DNA of 27,365 bases from a virus (Duplodnaviria; Caudoviricetes): the IMG/VR virus record IMGVR_UViG_3300033516_000275, positions 1 through 27,365 of that record; one strand, written 5' to 3'. Shown piece by piece: positions 1 through 6,681 of the stretch. Position 1 is the first letter of the stretch. The number at the start of each line of letters is the position of its first letter. The notes under the pieces were generated by a model, which was not told the DNA's origin, did no database searches, and was given only the letters and a program-made list of their open reading frames with translations. The position numbers were made by a program, and so were the translations under genes.

Positions 1-27
1 TAAACGACTTTTTAGGAGTATCTTGAA

Positions 28-297
28 ATGACAGTTATAATTGTAACAAATTGTTTTAGTTTTGTGATTGGGTTGACTATAATGTTATTTTTGGTAGTAT
101 TATCACAACGACAGATTATGGTTCGTAGTATTAGGACACACACTAAAGTTTACGGGTATGATTTGGTAAACCGTAATGATGCGTGGATATTAACGGAGTT
201 ATTGGAAATGGGGAAACGTGGCACTAAGAGTGAGTTATCGGGCTTGAGTAAAGCCATTGTTGAGGCCAATGAGAAAGGGGGTGTTTATGTTAGCTGA
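28..297 (+). CDS. hypothetical protein with N-terminal hydrophobic segment
   Basis: AGGAG RBS upstream; hydrophobic N-terminus; overlaps start of next gene. Confidence 0.6.
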   Translation: MTVIIVTNCFSFVIGLTIMLFLVVLSQRQIMVRSIRTHTKVYGYDLVNRNDAWILTELLEMGKRGTKSELSGLSKAIVEANEKGGVYVS

Positions 298-859
298 CAG
301 TCAAATTAAACAATTAGTTTTAGAACACGAGATGATATTTCCGTTCACTGAAACGCAACAAGGAACGGGTAAAGTCTCATTCGGTCTCTCAAGTTATGGG
401 TACGATGTGAGTGCGGCGGACGAGTTTAAGATATTCACCAATGTTAATGCTGTTGTTATTGACCCCAAAGCCTTTAGTGACTTATCTTTTGTTGAGGGGG
501 TATTGCACTATGATGAAACGGGAACGTTCATCATAGCCCCGCCCAATTCTTTCGTATTGGCGAGAACCAAAGAATATCTCAGAATCCCCCGTCATATAGC
601 GGGTTTAATGACCGTCAAATCGACGTATGCTCGTTGTGGATTGGTTTCACCGCCGACGGTTTTAGAACCTGAATGGGAAGGGCATATTACCATTGAAATT
701 TCCAACACCACCCCCCTACCCGCCCGTATTTATGCCAATGAGGGCATTGCTCAGGTATTATTCCTATGCGCTGACGAATTATGTACCGTGAGTTACGCTG
801 ACCGCAAAGGGAAATATCAAGGGCAACGAGGAATCACCCTACCAAAGGTGATGAAATGA
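287..859 (+). CDS. dcd: dCTP deaminase
   Basis: Motifs [62 protein letters not shown]; start moved to ATG 287 behind AAGGGGGT RBS. Confidence 0.95.
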   Translation: MLADSQIKQLVLEHEMIFPFTETQQGTGKVSFGLSSYGYDVSAADEFKIFTNVNAVVIDPKAFSDLSFVEGVLHYDETGTFIIAPPNSFVLARTKEYLRIPRHIAGLMTVKSTYARCGLVSPPTVLEPEWEGHITIEISNTTPLPARIYANEGIAQVLFLCADELCTVSYADRKGKYQGQRGITLPKVMK

Positions 860-1107
860 TTTATGATGATACTATTTTCGCTGTAGTGTTACTAGCAAAC
901 AGAGGAAATTATAGTGAAGTTAAAAATTGTATAATTATTGTACCGTCAATAGCGGCGGCGGAGATGTGGGGGAACAATGAGGTTCACTCACTCTTTCCGT
1001 TAACGGAAGGTTACACCAATCATCTAATTTCAATCGTTGGGGTTACGTTTGGGGACATCGTGAATAAATTAGAGCAGAAATATCCTGACTTGAGGGTGTA
1101 CACATGA
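856..1107 (+). CDS. hypothetical protein
   Basis: ATGA-coupled to neighbours. Confidence 0.7.
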   Translation: MIYDDTIFAVVLLANRGNYSEVKNCIIIVPSIAAAEMWGNNEVHSLFPLTEGYTNHLISIVGVTFGDIVNKLEQKYPDLRVYT

Positions 1108-1409
1108 ATTATGTAAGTATACATAACAGATTATCACTTGAGGAAATATCGTTGTTTTCCGATAAGGCATCGCCGTCGATAGCTTACGTTCATCGGAAAC
1201 CGTTGGTTTTACCAACCAACGTTATTCAAATAAAACATTTTCCCGATTTAACAAACGGTGACGAGTGTGCGTTATTTGTTGGGTTAATGTTGAATTTTCA
1301 ACAATTCGATATTTTGGTAATTGACCCCGTATCAGCTACGATAGACCTGTTTAATTTTGAGCGAATCTGTAAAACATTACACTGTTACGGGATAGGATTA
1401 TTGGAATGA
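1104..1409 (+). CDS. hypothetical protein, paralog of the C-terminal domain of 1406..2200
   Basis: ATGA coupling; ILVIDP...DLFNFERICKTLHCYGIGLLE matches the next ORF's end. Confidence 0.8.
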   Translation: MNYVSIHNRLSLEEISLFSDKASPSIAYVHRKPLVLPTNVIQIKHFPDLTNGDECALFVGLMLNFQQFDILVIDPVSATIDLFNFERICKTLHCYGIGLLE

Positions 1410-2200
1410 ACTATTATCACATCGACAATGAACAAAGTAGTTTAGAAAATTATAATATGTTTAGGGAATTAATGGGAGCGGTAAACATTCCCGCCGTCGG
1501 TTTGATTTTAAGTGAACAGGAATGTTTACCGTTACTCAAGAGTTTTGCCGACAAAGATTTTTTGAGAACAAAAATTTACACGTTTAGAGACAAAGCCGTG
1601 TTCTGTATGCTCACCGTTAAACCTATCACTATACAGTACGATTACGACGAATTTCAAGTAATTGAAACAAATGATGGGGACGACATATTTGTTAAAGTCG
1701 TGGGGGCAGAACCTCACCAATGGTGTGAGATTGCATTAGATATAATGCGTGACAGGGGTATGGACAGTTTGTGGCTTGATATGAGTGATATAGAGGACGA
1801 AAAGGTTAGATTATATCTAAACGAAGCCAAAACGCTTAGAATTAAACCACAGGGTGTCCTAAGCGATACCAAACCTCATAGTTTAATCAAAGTTCATCGG
1901 GGGATTAGTATCCGTAAAAAAATATCACTCAACGAAATTGCTTTATATACAGAAACAATAAACCCTTTAATTTTATACATTCATCATACCCCGATACTGA
2001 GTGATTACGTTAATTTTCAGCAAATATCGGTGTATCCTGATTTAGATGACGTTGATAAATGCGCTCATTTCGCAGAATTATTTATCGACAAAGCCATCAA
2101 TATTATGGTGATAGACCCCATACCGCCCCACGTTGATTTGATAAATTTTGAACGGATGTGTCAAGTGTTGGGTTGTTACGGTATCGGTATTCTTGAGTGA
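1406..2200 (+). CDS. hypothetical protein with duplicated C-terminal domain
   Basis: 264-aa ORF, ATGA coupling; ends IMVIDP...DLINFERMCQVLGCYGIGILE. Confidence 0.8.
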   Translation: MNYYHIDNEQSSLENYNMFRELMGAVNIPAVGLILSEQECLPLLKSFADKDFLRTKIYTFRDKAVFCMLTVKPITIQYDYDEFQVIETNDGDDIFVKVVGAEPHQWCEIALDIMRDRGMDSLWLDMSDIEDEKVRLYLNEAKTLRIKPQGVLSDTKPHSLIKVHRGISIRKKISLNEIALYTETINPLILYIHHTPILSDYVNFQQISVYPDLDDVDKCAHFAELFIDKAINIMVIDPIPPHVDLINFERMCQVLGCYGIGILE

Positions 2201-2205
2201 GAATC

Positions 2206-2240
2206 AAAAAAAAGCCACTAAAATTTAGTGGCTTTTTTTT
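2206..2240. terminator. bidirectional intrinsic terminator
   Basis: A8-GCCACTAAA-A-TTTAGTGGC-T8. Confidence 0.9.
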
Positions 2241-2249
2241 CACTTAAAG

Positions 2250-2731
2250 AATATTTGTTCTCAGAGGTAGAGAGGTCATTTCGTAATCATTCTAGCTTGA
2301 TATGCTATGTTACAGTCTCGTGACCGCCCACGATACCCCCGTTACAATTCTCATACGGTTTAGGGTCATCCTGTAACGTACATTTTTACGAAATACTACT
2401 TGCTTAAATATCTTAGTGAGTGACTTAACAACAACTTCAACGTAACCTATCGTTTACATTTACTAGATTATTAAGTTGTCTAATCAGCATTATTCGCACA
2501 TAGAGGTCGTAGCTAATGGAGAATTATTCTAGCCTTTTTATACTATGGGTGAAGTCCGTTTCTGCCTTCGGTTATCTCAAGGGTTCGCTATATACCCCTG
2601 TTTGGTTTGAGTCCCATCACCCGTACATAATTTCTCTTTTAGACTTATCGCGTTATCAAAATAATGTGTTAGCAGACTTAACAACAACTTCGCAATTATC
2701 CTATCACTAATTGTTACTAGATTGTTAAGTC
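2250..2731 (-). repeat. two diverged ~250-nt structured units, each preceded by a bulged-G (loop E-like) hairpin
   Basis: Hairpins 2422-2477 and 2675-2731 share GACTTAACAACAACTTC and TTACTAGATT; unit bodies share GTACAT, ATTCTAGC, AGAGGTC and ATACCCC at similar spacing. Confidence 0.75.
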
Positions 2732-2771
2732 GTTATTATATCGTAAACCGTTTAAGGTGTAAATTTTGGTC

Positions 2772-2873
2772 AAGCGGGGAATGGATTCGAACCACCATTT
2801 CTTGAGTCTGCTTTAGTCATCAACAAATCGAAACTAAATACCGTCAAGCGACTTGCCCGTTAGTTGACCCGCC
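2772..2873 (-). ncRNA. tRNA-like element with extended, non-canonical anticodon arm
   Basis: Acceptor GGCGGG/CCCGCT, D arm ACT-AACGGGCA-AGT, T arm GGTGG-TTCGAAT-CCATT; the CTTGA/TCAAG stem encloses ~38 nt instead of a 7-nt loop. Confidence 0.65.
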
Positions 2874-3078
2874 ATATTTTGAGTGAGTGAGAGTAATTTA
2901 ATTACTCTCACTCTATTAAATCCTGCGCCCTGATGGAGTCGCTCCATTAGCGGGGAGAGTTACCGACCTCTTAATCTCCTCTATCGCACCGATAAGCTAT
3001 TTAATTGGGTTTGCGGACTTGCACCGCACTTCAAGGGTGAACATTTCCTTGTTAGATTAGTGAGTGAGAATGATTTTG

Positions 3079-3212
3079 CCTTAAGTGCCGCCTTAAGGAC
3101 TTTGACCCTTATGCCGCTAAGGGTATTTTTCTGCCTCAAATGCCGCTTTGAGGGCTTGTGCCTTAAAGTCTTATACTGCCCTTAAGGTCTTTATGAGAGT
3201 GCCGCCCCTCAT
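3079..3212 (-). repeat. array of hairpins with identical GCGGCA hexaloops
   Basis: 7-bp stems of different sequence closing TGCCGC (+ strand) at 3079-3098, 3105-3124, 3134-3153 and 3193-3212. Confidence 0.85.
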
Positions 3213-3220
3213 TTCTTGAG

Positions 3221-3247
3221 TGAGCCTTTTTGTGACTTGCTCAGGTC
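3221..3247 (-). ncRNA. compact H-type pseudoknot motif, copy 2
   Basis: GAC-CTGAGCAA-GTC-ACAAAAAG-GCTCA; loop TGAGC pairs with GCTCA. Confidence 0.65.
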
Positions 3248-3430
3248 GGGTACTTCATTGGGGAGGACTTGAACCTCCTTCGAGAATTTATTTGCTACGA
3301 GTTCCCGTCCTCTATTTTTGTTTATTCGGTACTTGTGAGAGGACTTTAACCCCTCTGTCTTTGGGGGGGACTTGAACCCCCTTGTAGCCTTTTTACGAGA
3401 TGCCTATCTCTATTCTTGTTTTTTCTTGAG

Positions 3431-3457
3431 TGAGCCTTTTTTCAACTTGCTCAGGTT
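3431..3457 (-). ncRNA. compact H-type pseudoknot motif, copy 1
   Basis: AAC-CTGAGCAA-GTT-GAAAAAAG-GCTCA; A-U versus G-C covariation with copy 2. Confidence 0.65.
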
Positions 3458-3560
3458 TTATTATTGCTTAGTCTTTGTTTATGGTAGTTCAGTCTCTACC
3501 CTCAATCAGTAGTGGCTCATCCGTCTCACTTCCTGTTTGACTTACTCTCTTATGTATACC

Positions 3561-3589
3561 ATTATACCATAGTTATCTTGTTTTGTCAA
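3561..3589 (-). promoter_or_regulatory. sigma70 promoter driving the ncRNA cassette
   Basis: TTGACA-17 bp-TATAAT with TG extension. Confidence 0.9.
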
Positions 3590-3645
3590 TAGGGTAAACC
3601 CTATTTTATCCAAACTTTAAGGTTATTACTATGGTATAACGATTT

Positions 3646-3927
3646 TTAGATTTCCCAAAAATCGAATAGTTTTGGTGGGTGGTTTTTGATGAAATGTTTC
3701 AAGCCAATTTTGGAATCGGCGTGGAGTTTTTCGTCATAATCGCCCCAAACTTTCCCGTAGAGTGAGTGAGTGGCGGTAAATTCCTCAACCCACAAAAGGC
3801 CGTCATCTTTCACTTCACCTTCAATTGTCCACCCACTTTCGTGGGTCGTTAAGTCATCTTTGTCTAAAACAAAAGCACAATGCTCGTTGGGTTTTGTTAC
3901 CCCTTTATATTTATGCCGTGTTACCAT
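3646..3927 (-). CDS. hypothetical protein
   Basis: AAGAGGTG RBS and its own promoter. Confidence 0.75.
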   Translation of the reverse strand: MVTRHKYKGVTKPNEHCAFVLDKDDLTTHESGWTIEGEVKDDGLLWVEEFTATHSLYGKVWGDYDEKLHADSKIGLKHFIKNHPPKLFDFWEI

Positions 3928-3959
3928 ATTTCACCTCTTTAAGTTATAATGTTGTTACC

Positions 3960-3988
3960 ATTATAACAAAATAATCTCAGTTTGTCAA
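3960..3988 (-). promoter_or_regulatory. sigma70 promoter
   Basis: TTGACA-17-TATAAT. Confidence 0.85.
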
Positions 3989-4009
3989 CAGTAAAGGGAG
4001 TAATGAGCG

Positions 4010-4333
4010 ATGTATAATTATGGGTGTTTAATTCAGAGGGTCGTAGATGGTGATACGGCGATAGGGATAGTGGATTTAGGGTTTGGTGTATCGCATAAAT
4101 TGAGATTGCGATTAGTGGGGATTAACGCCCCTGAACTCAAGACGGAAGCGGGGAAAGTGAGTTATGAGGCGTTGAAGGCAAAGATTGAAGGGACGACAGT
4201 GATGATTGATACTGTGAAGGATAGACAAGAAAAATGGGGACGGTATTTAGCCATCATTACAACCACAGAGGGTTTAGTGATAAATGATTGGCTCATTCAA
4301 GGGGGGTATGCTGTAAAATGGACGACGATTTAA
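4010..4333 (+). CDS. thermonuclease (SNase-like) family protein
   Basis: RVVDGDT, RLRLVGINAPE, EKWGRYLA, GYAV motifs. Confidence 0.9.
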   Translation: MYNYGCLIQRVVDGDTAIGIVDLGFGVSHKLRLRLVGINAPELKTEAGKVSYEALKAKIEGTTVMIDTVKDRQEKWGRYLAIITTTEGLVINDWLIQGGYAVKWTTI

Positions 4334-4893
4334 CGACAGTGATATTGGACAATCACAATTTGAATGAAGGAACGGTACGAGGGGAACATTTATTAAGTCA
4401 ATCCATAACCACATTAGGTATTGGGCGTGGTGGTTTTGCTGACGGCAATAGAGTGATGATGGGCGGCAATAAAACGGTGAGTGCCGCTATAGCCGCTAAT
4501 CTAACGAAAGCCATCTTTTTTCAAACAGACGGTACTCAACTCGTCGCCGTTAGACGAAAAGATGTGAGTATCAAATCGGAAATGGGGCAATTACTCAAGT
4601 TAGCGGACAATAGAGTTCATGAAATAAACTACGCTGTTTCTAACGAAGAATTGTTATTCCATATCGAAAACGGCCTTGATTTAACGCCGTATTTCACCGA
4701 AGCCGAACTTGTTGAAATAATCGGTAAAATTCAACCTGAAACCGATGAACCCAAAAAAGGCGGTGGTGGTTCAGCTAAAGACAAAACATTTCATTTGGCC
4801 TTTACGTCACAAGAGTATTTTTTTGTGGTTGCTGAATTAACCAAACTAGCCGCAACTCCCGAAGAGGCGATTATAAAATTATGTCTCACTTAA
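4318..4893 (+). CDS. ParB/Srx N-terminal domain protein
   Basis: NLNEGTVRG...GGNKT...TDGTQLVAVRRKD...LADNR; ATG 4318 behind AAGGGGGGT. Confidence 0.75.
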   Translation: MDDDLTTVILDNHNLNEGTVRGEHLLSQSITTLGIGRGGFADGNRVMMGGNKTVSAAIAANLTKAIFFQTDGTQLVAVRRKDVSIKSEMGQLLKLADNRVHEINYAVSNEELLFHIENGLDLTPYFTEAELVEIIGKIQPETDEPKKGGGGSAKDKTFHLAFTSQEYFFVVAELTKLAATPEEAIIKLCLT

Positions 4894-5447
4894 TAATACC
4901 CATCACTCAAGTAACACCCGACACAAATAATTACAATGACGGAACGGAGAGGGGTAATAGCCTCATTAAAAAATCCATTAAAGATTATGGATTTACCCGT
5001 CCTCTGTTGTTTGATATGGACGATAACATAATGGGCGGTAATAAAACTTTCGCCGCCGCCGTTGAAATGGGCATTAAAGAAATTGTCGTCATCGAAACTA
5101 TGGGTGACGAAATGGTTATCATAGAAAGAACGGACGTGGATATTAACACCCCCACAGGCCGCTTGATGACCATCGTTGACAATCAAACAGCTAAAATTGA
5201 TTACTCACTCAACGTGGGCAATCTCTACAACGACATCAAAGATGGGTTAGATGTTTCAGATTATTATTTCCCCGAAGAAATTGACGCATTATTAGCCGAT
5301 GCCAACATTACCCCTGAACTCCCCGTCGATGAAATGCTACTCAATTTAACCTTCCCCGCCGAAACATTCGATAAACTCAAGAAACTGTTAGGGAAACACC
5401 CCGAATCACGATTACTCGAATTACTCAATTATACTCACCCCACTTGA
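4881..5447 (+). CDS. ParB/Srx N-terminal domain protein (paralog of preceding gene)
   Basis: PDTNNYNDGTERG...SIKDYGFTRPLLFD...IMGGNKT...IVDNQ. Confidence 0.8.
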   Translation: MSHLIIPITQVTPDTNNYNDGTERGNSLIKKSIKDYGFTRPLLFDMDDNIMGGNKTFAAAVEMGIKEIVVIETMGDEMVIIERTDVDINTPTGRLMTIVDNQTAKIDYSLNVGNLYNDIKDGLDVSDYYFPEEIDALLADANITPELPVDEMLLNLTFPAETFDKLKKLLGKHPESRLLELLNYTHPT

Positions 5448-5472
5448 CAAACTGTGATAACTATGATATAAT
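5444..5472 (+). promoter_or_regulatory. sigma70 promoter
   Basis: TTGACA-17-TATAAT followed by GGTATCAT. Confidence 0.9.
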
Positions 5473-5503
5473 GGTATCATCTTAGTTGAGAGGGTGGTGA
5501 GTG

Positions 5504-5674
5504 ATGATTGATTTTTGGGCGCAATTGATAAGTGTAACATTAGGGTGTCAGATTGTTATGACGCTAATGTTATATTGGGTGGGTTGGATTGGGGGAGAGC
5601 CTGAACTTTACGTAGCACCGCCCCCACCAACGGAAGTTAAACCGCCGCAAGTTCAGTCAAGTAAGAAAAAATGA
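5504..5674 (+). CDS. small membrane protein (56 aa), not in ORF track
   Basis: GAGAGGGTGG RBS; MIDFWAQLISVTLGCQIVMTLMLYWVGWIGG then Pro-rich tail. Confidence 0.6.
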   Translation: MIDFWAQLISVTLGCQIVMTLMLYWVGWIGGEPELYVAPPPPTEVKPPQVQSSKKK

Positions 5675-5704
5675 GTCCCTCTCAAGAGGGACTCATTTAA
5701 CTCA

Positions 5705-5877
5705 GGGGATGAAATGGCCGTCGCCTACGGCTCAAGAGGCTACCACGAGGGCGCACAGCAATCGGTAGCGACTTAACTCAGTTCATCGTAAATTAGCTGT
5801 TAGACTTAGGGCTAATCGTTACAACGAATTGAGTGAGTGAGGGTTGTAGTACGCGGGTTCGATTCCCGCCATCTCCA
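5705..5877 (+). ncRNA. ssrA: miniature tmRNA-like RNA (tRNA-Ala-like domain)
   Basis: Acceptor GGGGATG/CATCTCC-A with G3-U70; unpaired D loop; helix CTACGGCTC/GGGTTGTAG; 3' end ACGCGGGTTCGATTCCCGCCATCTCCA as in tmRNA; only ~173 nt. Confidence 0.7.
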
Positions 5878-5896
5878 CTAAAGGAAATAAAACAAA

Positions 5897-6202
5897 ATGA
5901 ACGTATTTATCGTGGGGGCATTGCCCCCACAACTACCATCTGAGATAGAAATTGTCGGTAATAAAAAAGTCATATTCGCCGCAACGGTGAAAAAAACAAT
6001 CAATCAAATCAAGAAATTACAGAGTGAAGCGAGATGGGCGGACGCTAAAATGTTGTTATTTACGGAAACCCCTATTATTGTGACTGCGGCTTTAATTGAG
6101 ATGGATTCTGAGTACGGTATCCCCTCACCCGTAAAAATTGGTGGGTTGTGTTATATCAAAAATGAGTGGGTTATAATCCCGTTGATACAAGGAAATTTAT
6201 GA
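5897..6202 (+). CDS. hypothetical protein
   Basis: AAGGA RBS; coupled to next gene. Confidence 0.7.
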   Translation: MNVFIVGALPPQLPSEIEIVGNKKVIFAATVKKTINQIKKLQSEARWADAKMLLFTETPIIVTAALIEMDSEYGIPSPVKIGGLCYIKNEWVIIPLIQGNL

Positions 6203-6582
6203 AATTAACGCAAATAACTAAAAACGATATAAACGATTACTTCACTCAAATCCCCCCAATGAGCTTCGTTATTTTATTTGGGGGGGATAGATTGTCTGTG
6301 TGCGATTGGGGGTTGGTTGCCACGATAGACGGTCAATTTGGTGGTCTAGTGACTTACTCAGAAAGTGGTGAGATGGGTGAAGGGGCGAGTATTGTGGGGT
6401 TATGGGTTGCCCCACAATTCAGAAAGCGGGGGGTTGGCACAGCATTACTCAAGTCAGTTCAGCAGTTCGCTAACAAAACCGACTTAAAAGTGAGTGCCAT
6501 CACTCACTCAGGCTTAAAAACTGTCCAAAAAGTTGAGGGGTTAATTGTAAGTAATATGTCAACCCCATTTGAGTTACAATAA
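6199..6582 (+). CDS. GNAT-family N-acetyltransferase
   Basis: Acetyl-CoA motif A LWVAPQFRKRGVGTALL; ATG 6199 behind AAGGA. Confidence 0.85.
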   Translation: MKLTQITKNDINDYFTQIPPMSFVILFGGDRLSVCDWGLVATIDGQFGGLVTYSESGEMGEGASIVGLWVAPQFRKRGVGTALLKSVQQFANKTDLKVSAITHSGLKTVQKVEGLIVSNMSTPFELQ

Positions 6583-6583
6583 T

Positions 6584-6668
6584 GAGAGTGTTGAGGATTG
6601 GACTCCTCACAGTTAGATTATAATTAACTCAAGTCTAACTTTAAGGGGTTCGATTCCCCTCACTCTCT
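6584..6668 (+). ncRNA. tRNA-like element without a canonical anticodon loop
   Basis: Acceptor GAGAGTG/CACTCTC, D stem GAGGA/TCCTC, 9-bp arm AGTTAGATT/AGTCTAACT with 12-nt loop, T arm AGGGG-TTCGATT-CCCCT. Confidence 0.75.
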
Positions 6669-6681
6669 TATAGGAGAATTT

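Larger units (their letters stand above)
2250..3555 (-). ncRNA. putative multi-module structured ncRNA cassette (~1.3 kb)
   Basis: No credible ORF; consensus promoter at 3561-3589 and terminator at 2206-2240; dense repeated hairpins with compensatory changes; G-U pairs mostly favour the minus strand. Confidence 0.75.

Noticed and set aside
2516-2710. 64-aa plus-strand ORF
   Set aside because: No RBS, lies downstream of a terminator and overlaps repeated RNA structures that mostly pair better on the minus strand
2885-2913. 13-bp perfect hairpin as a separate terminator or mobile element end
   Set aside because: No clear U-tract and no transposase; treated as part of the ncRNA cassette
3079-3460. 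CRISPR array
   Set aside because: No constant repeat with unique equal-length spacers; stems vary while loops are constant; no cas genes in the window
6584-6668. Selenocysteine or suppressor tRNA
   Set aside because: No long variable arm, 7-bp acceptor and no 7-nt anticodon loop
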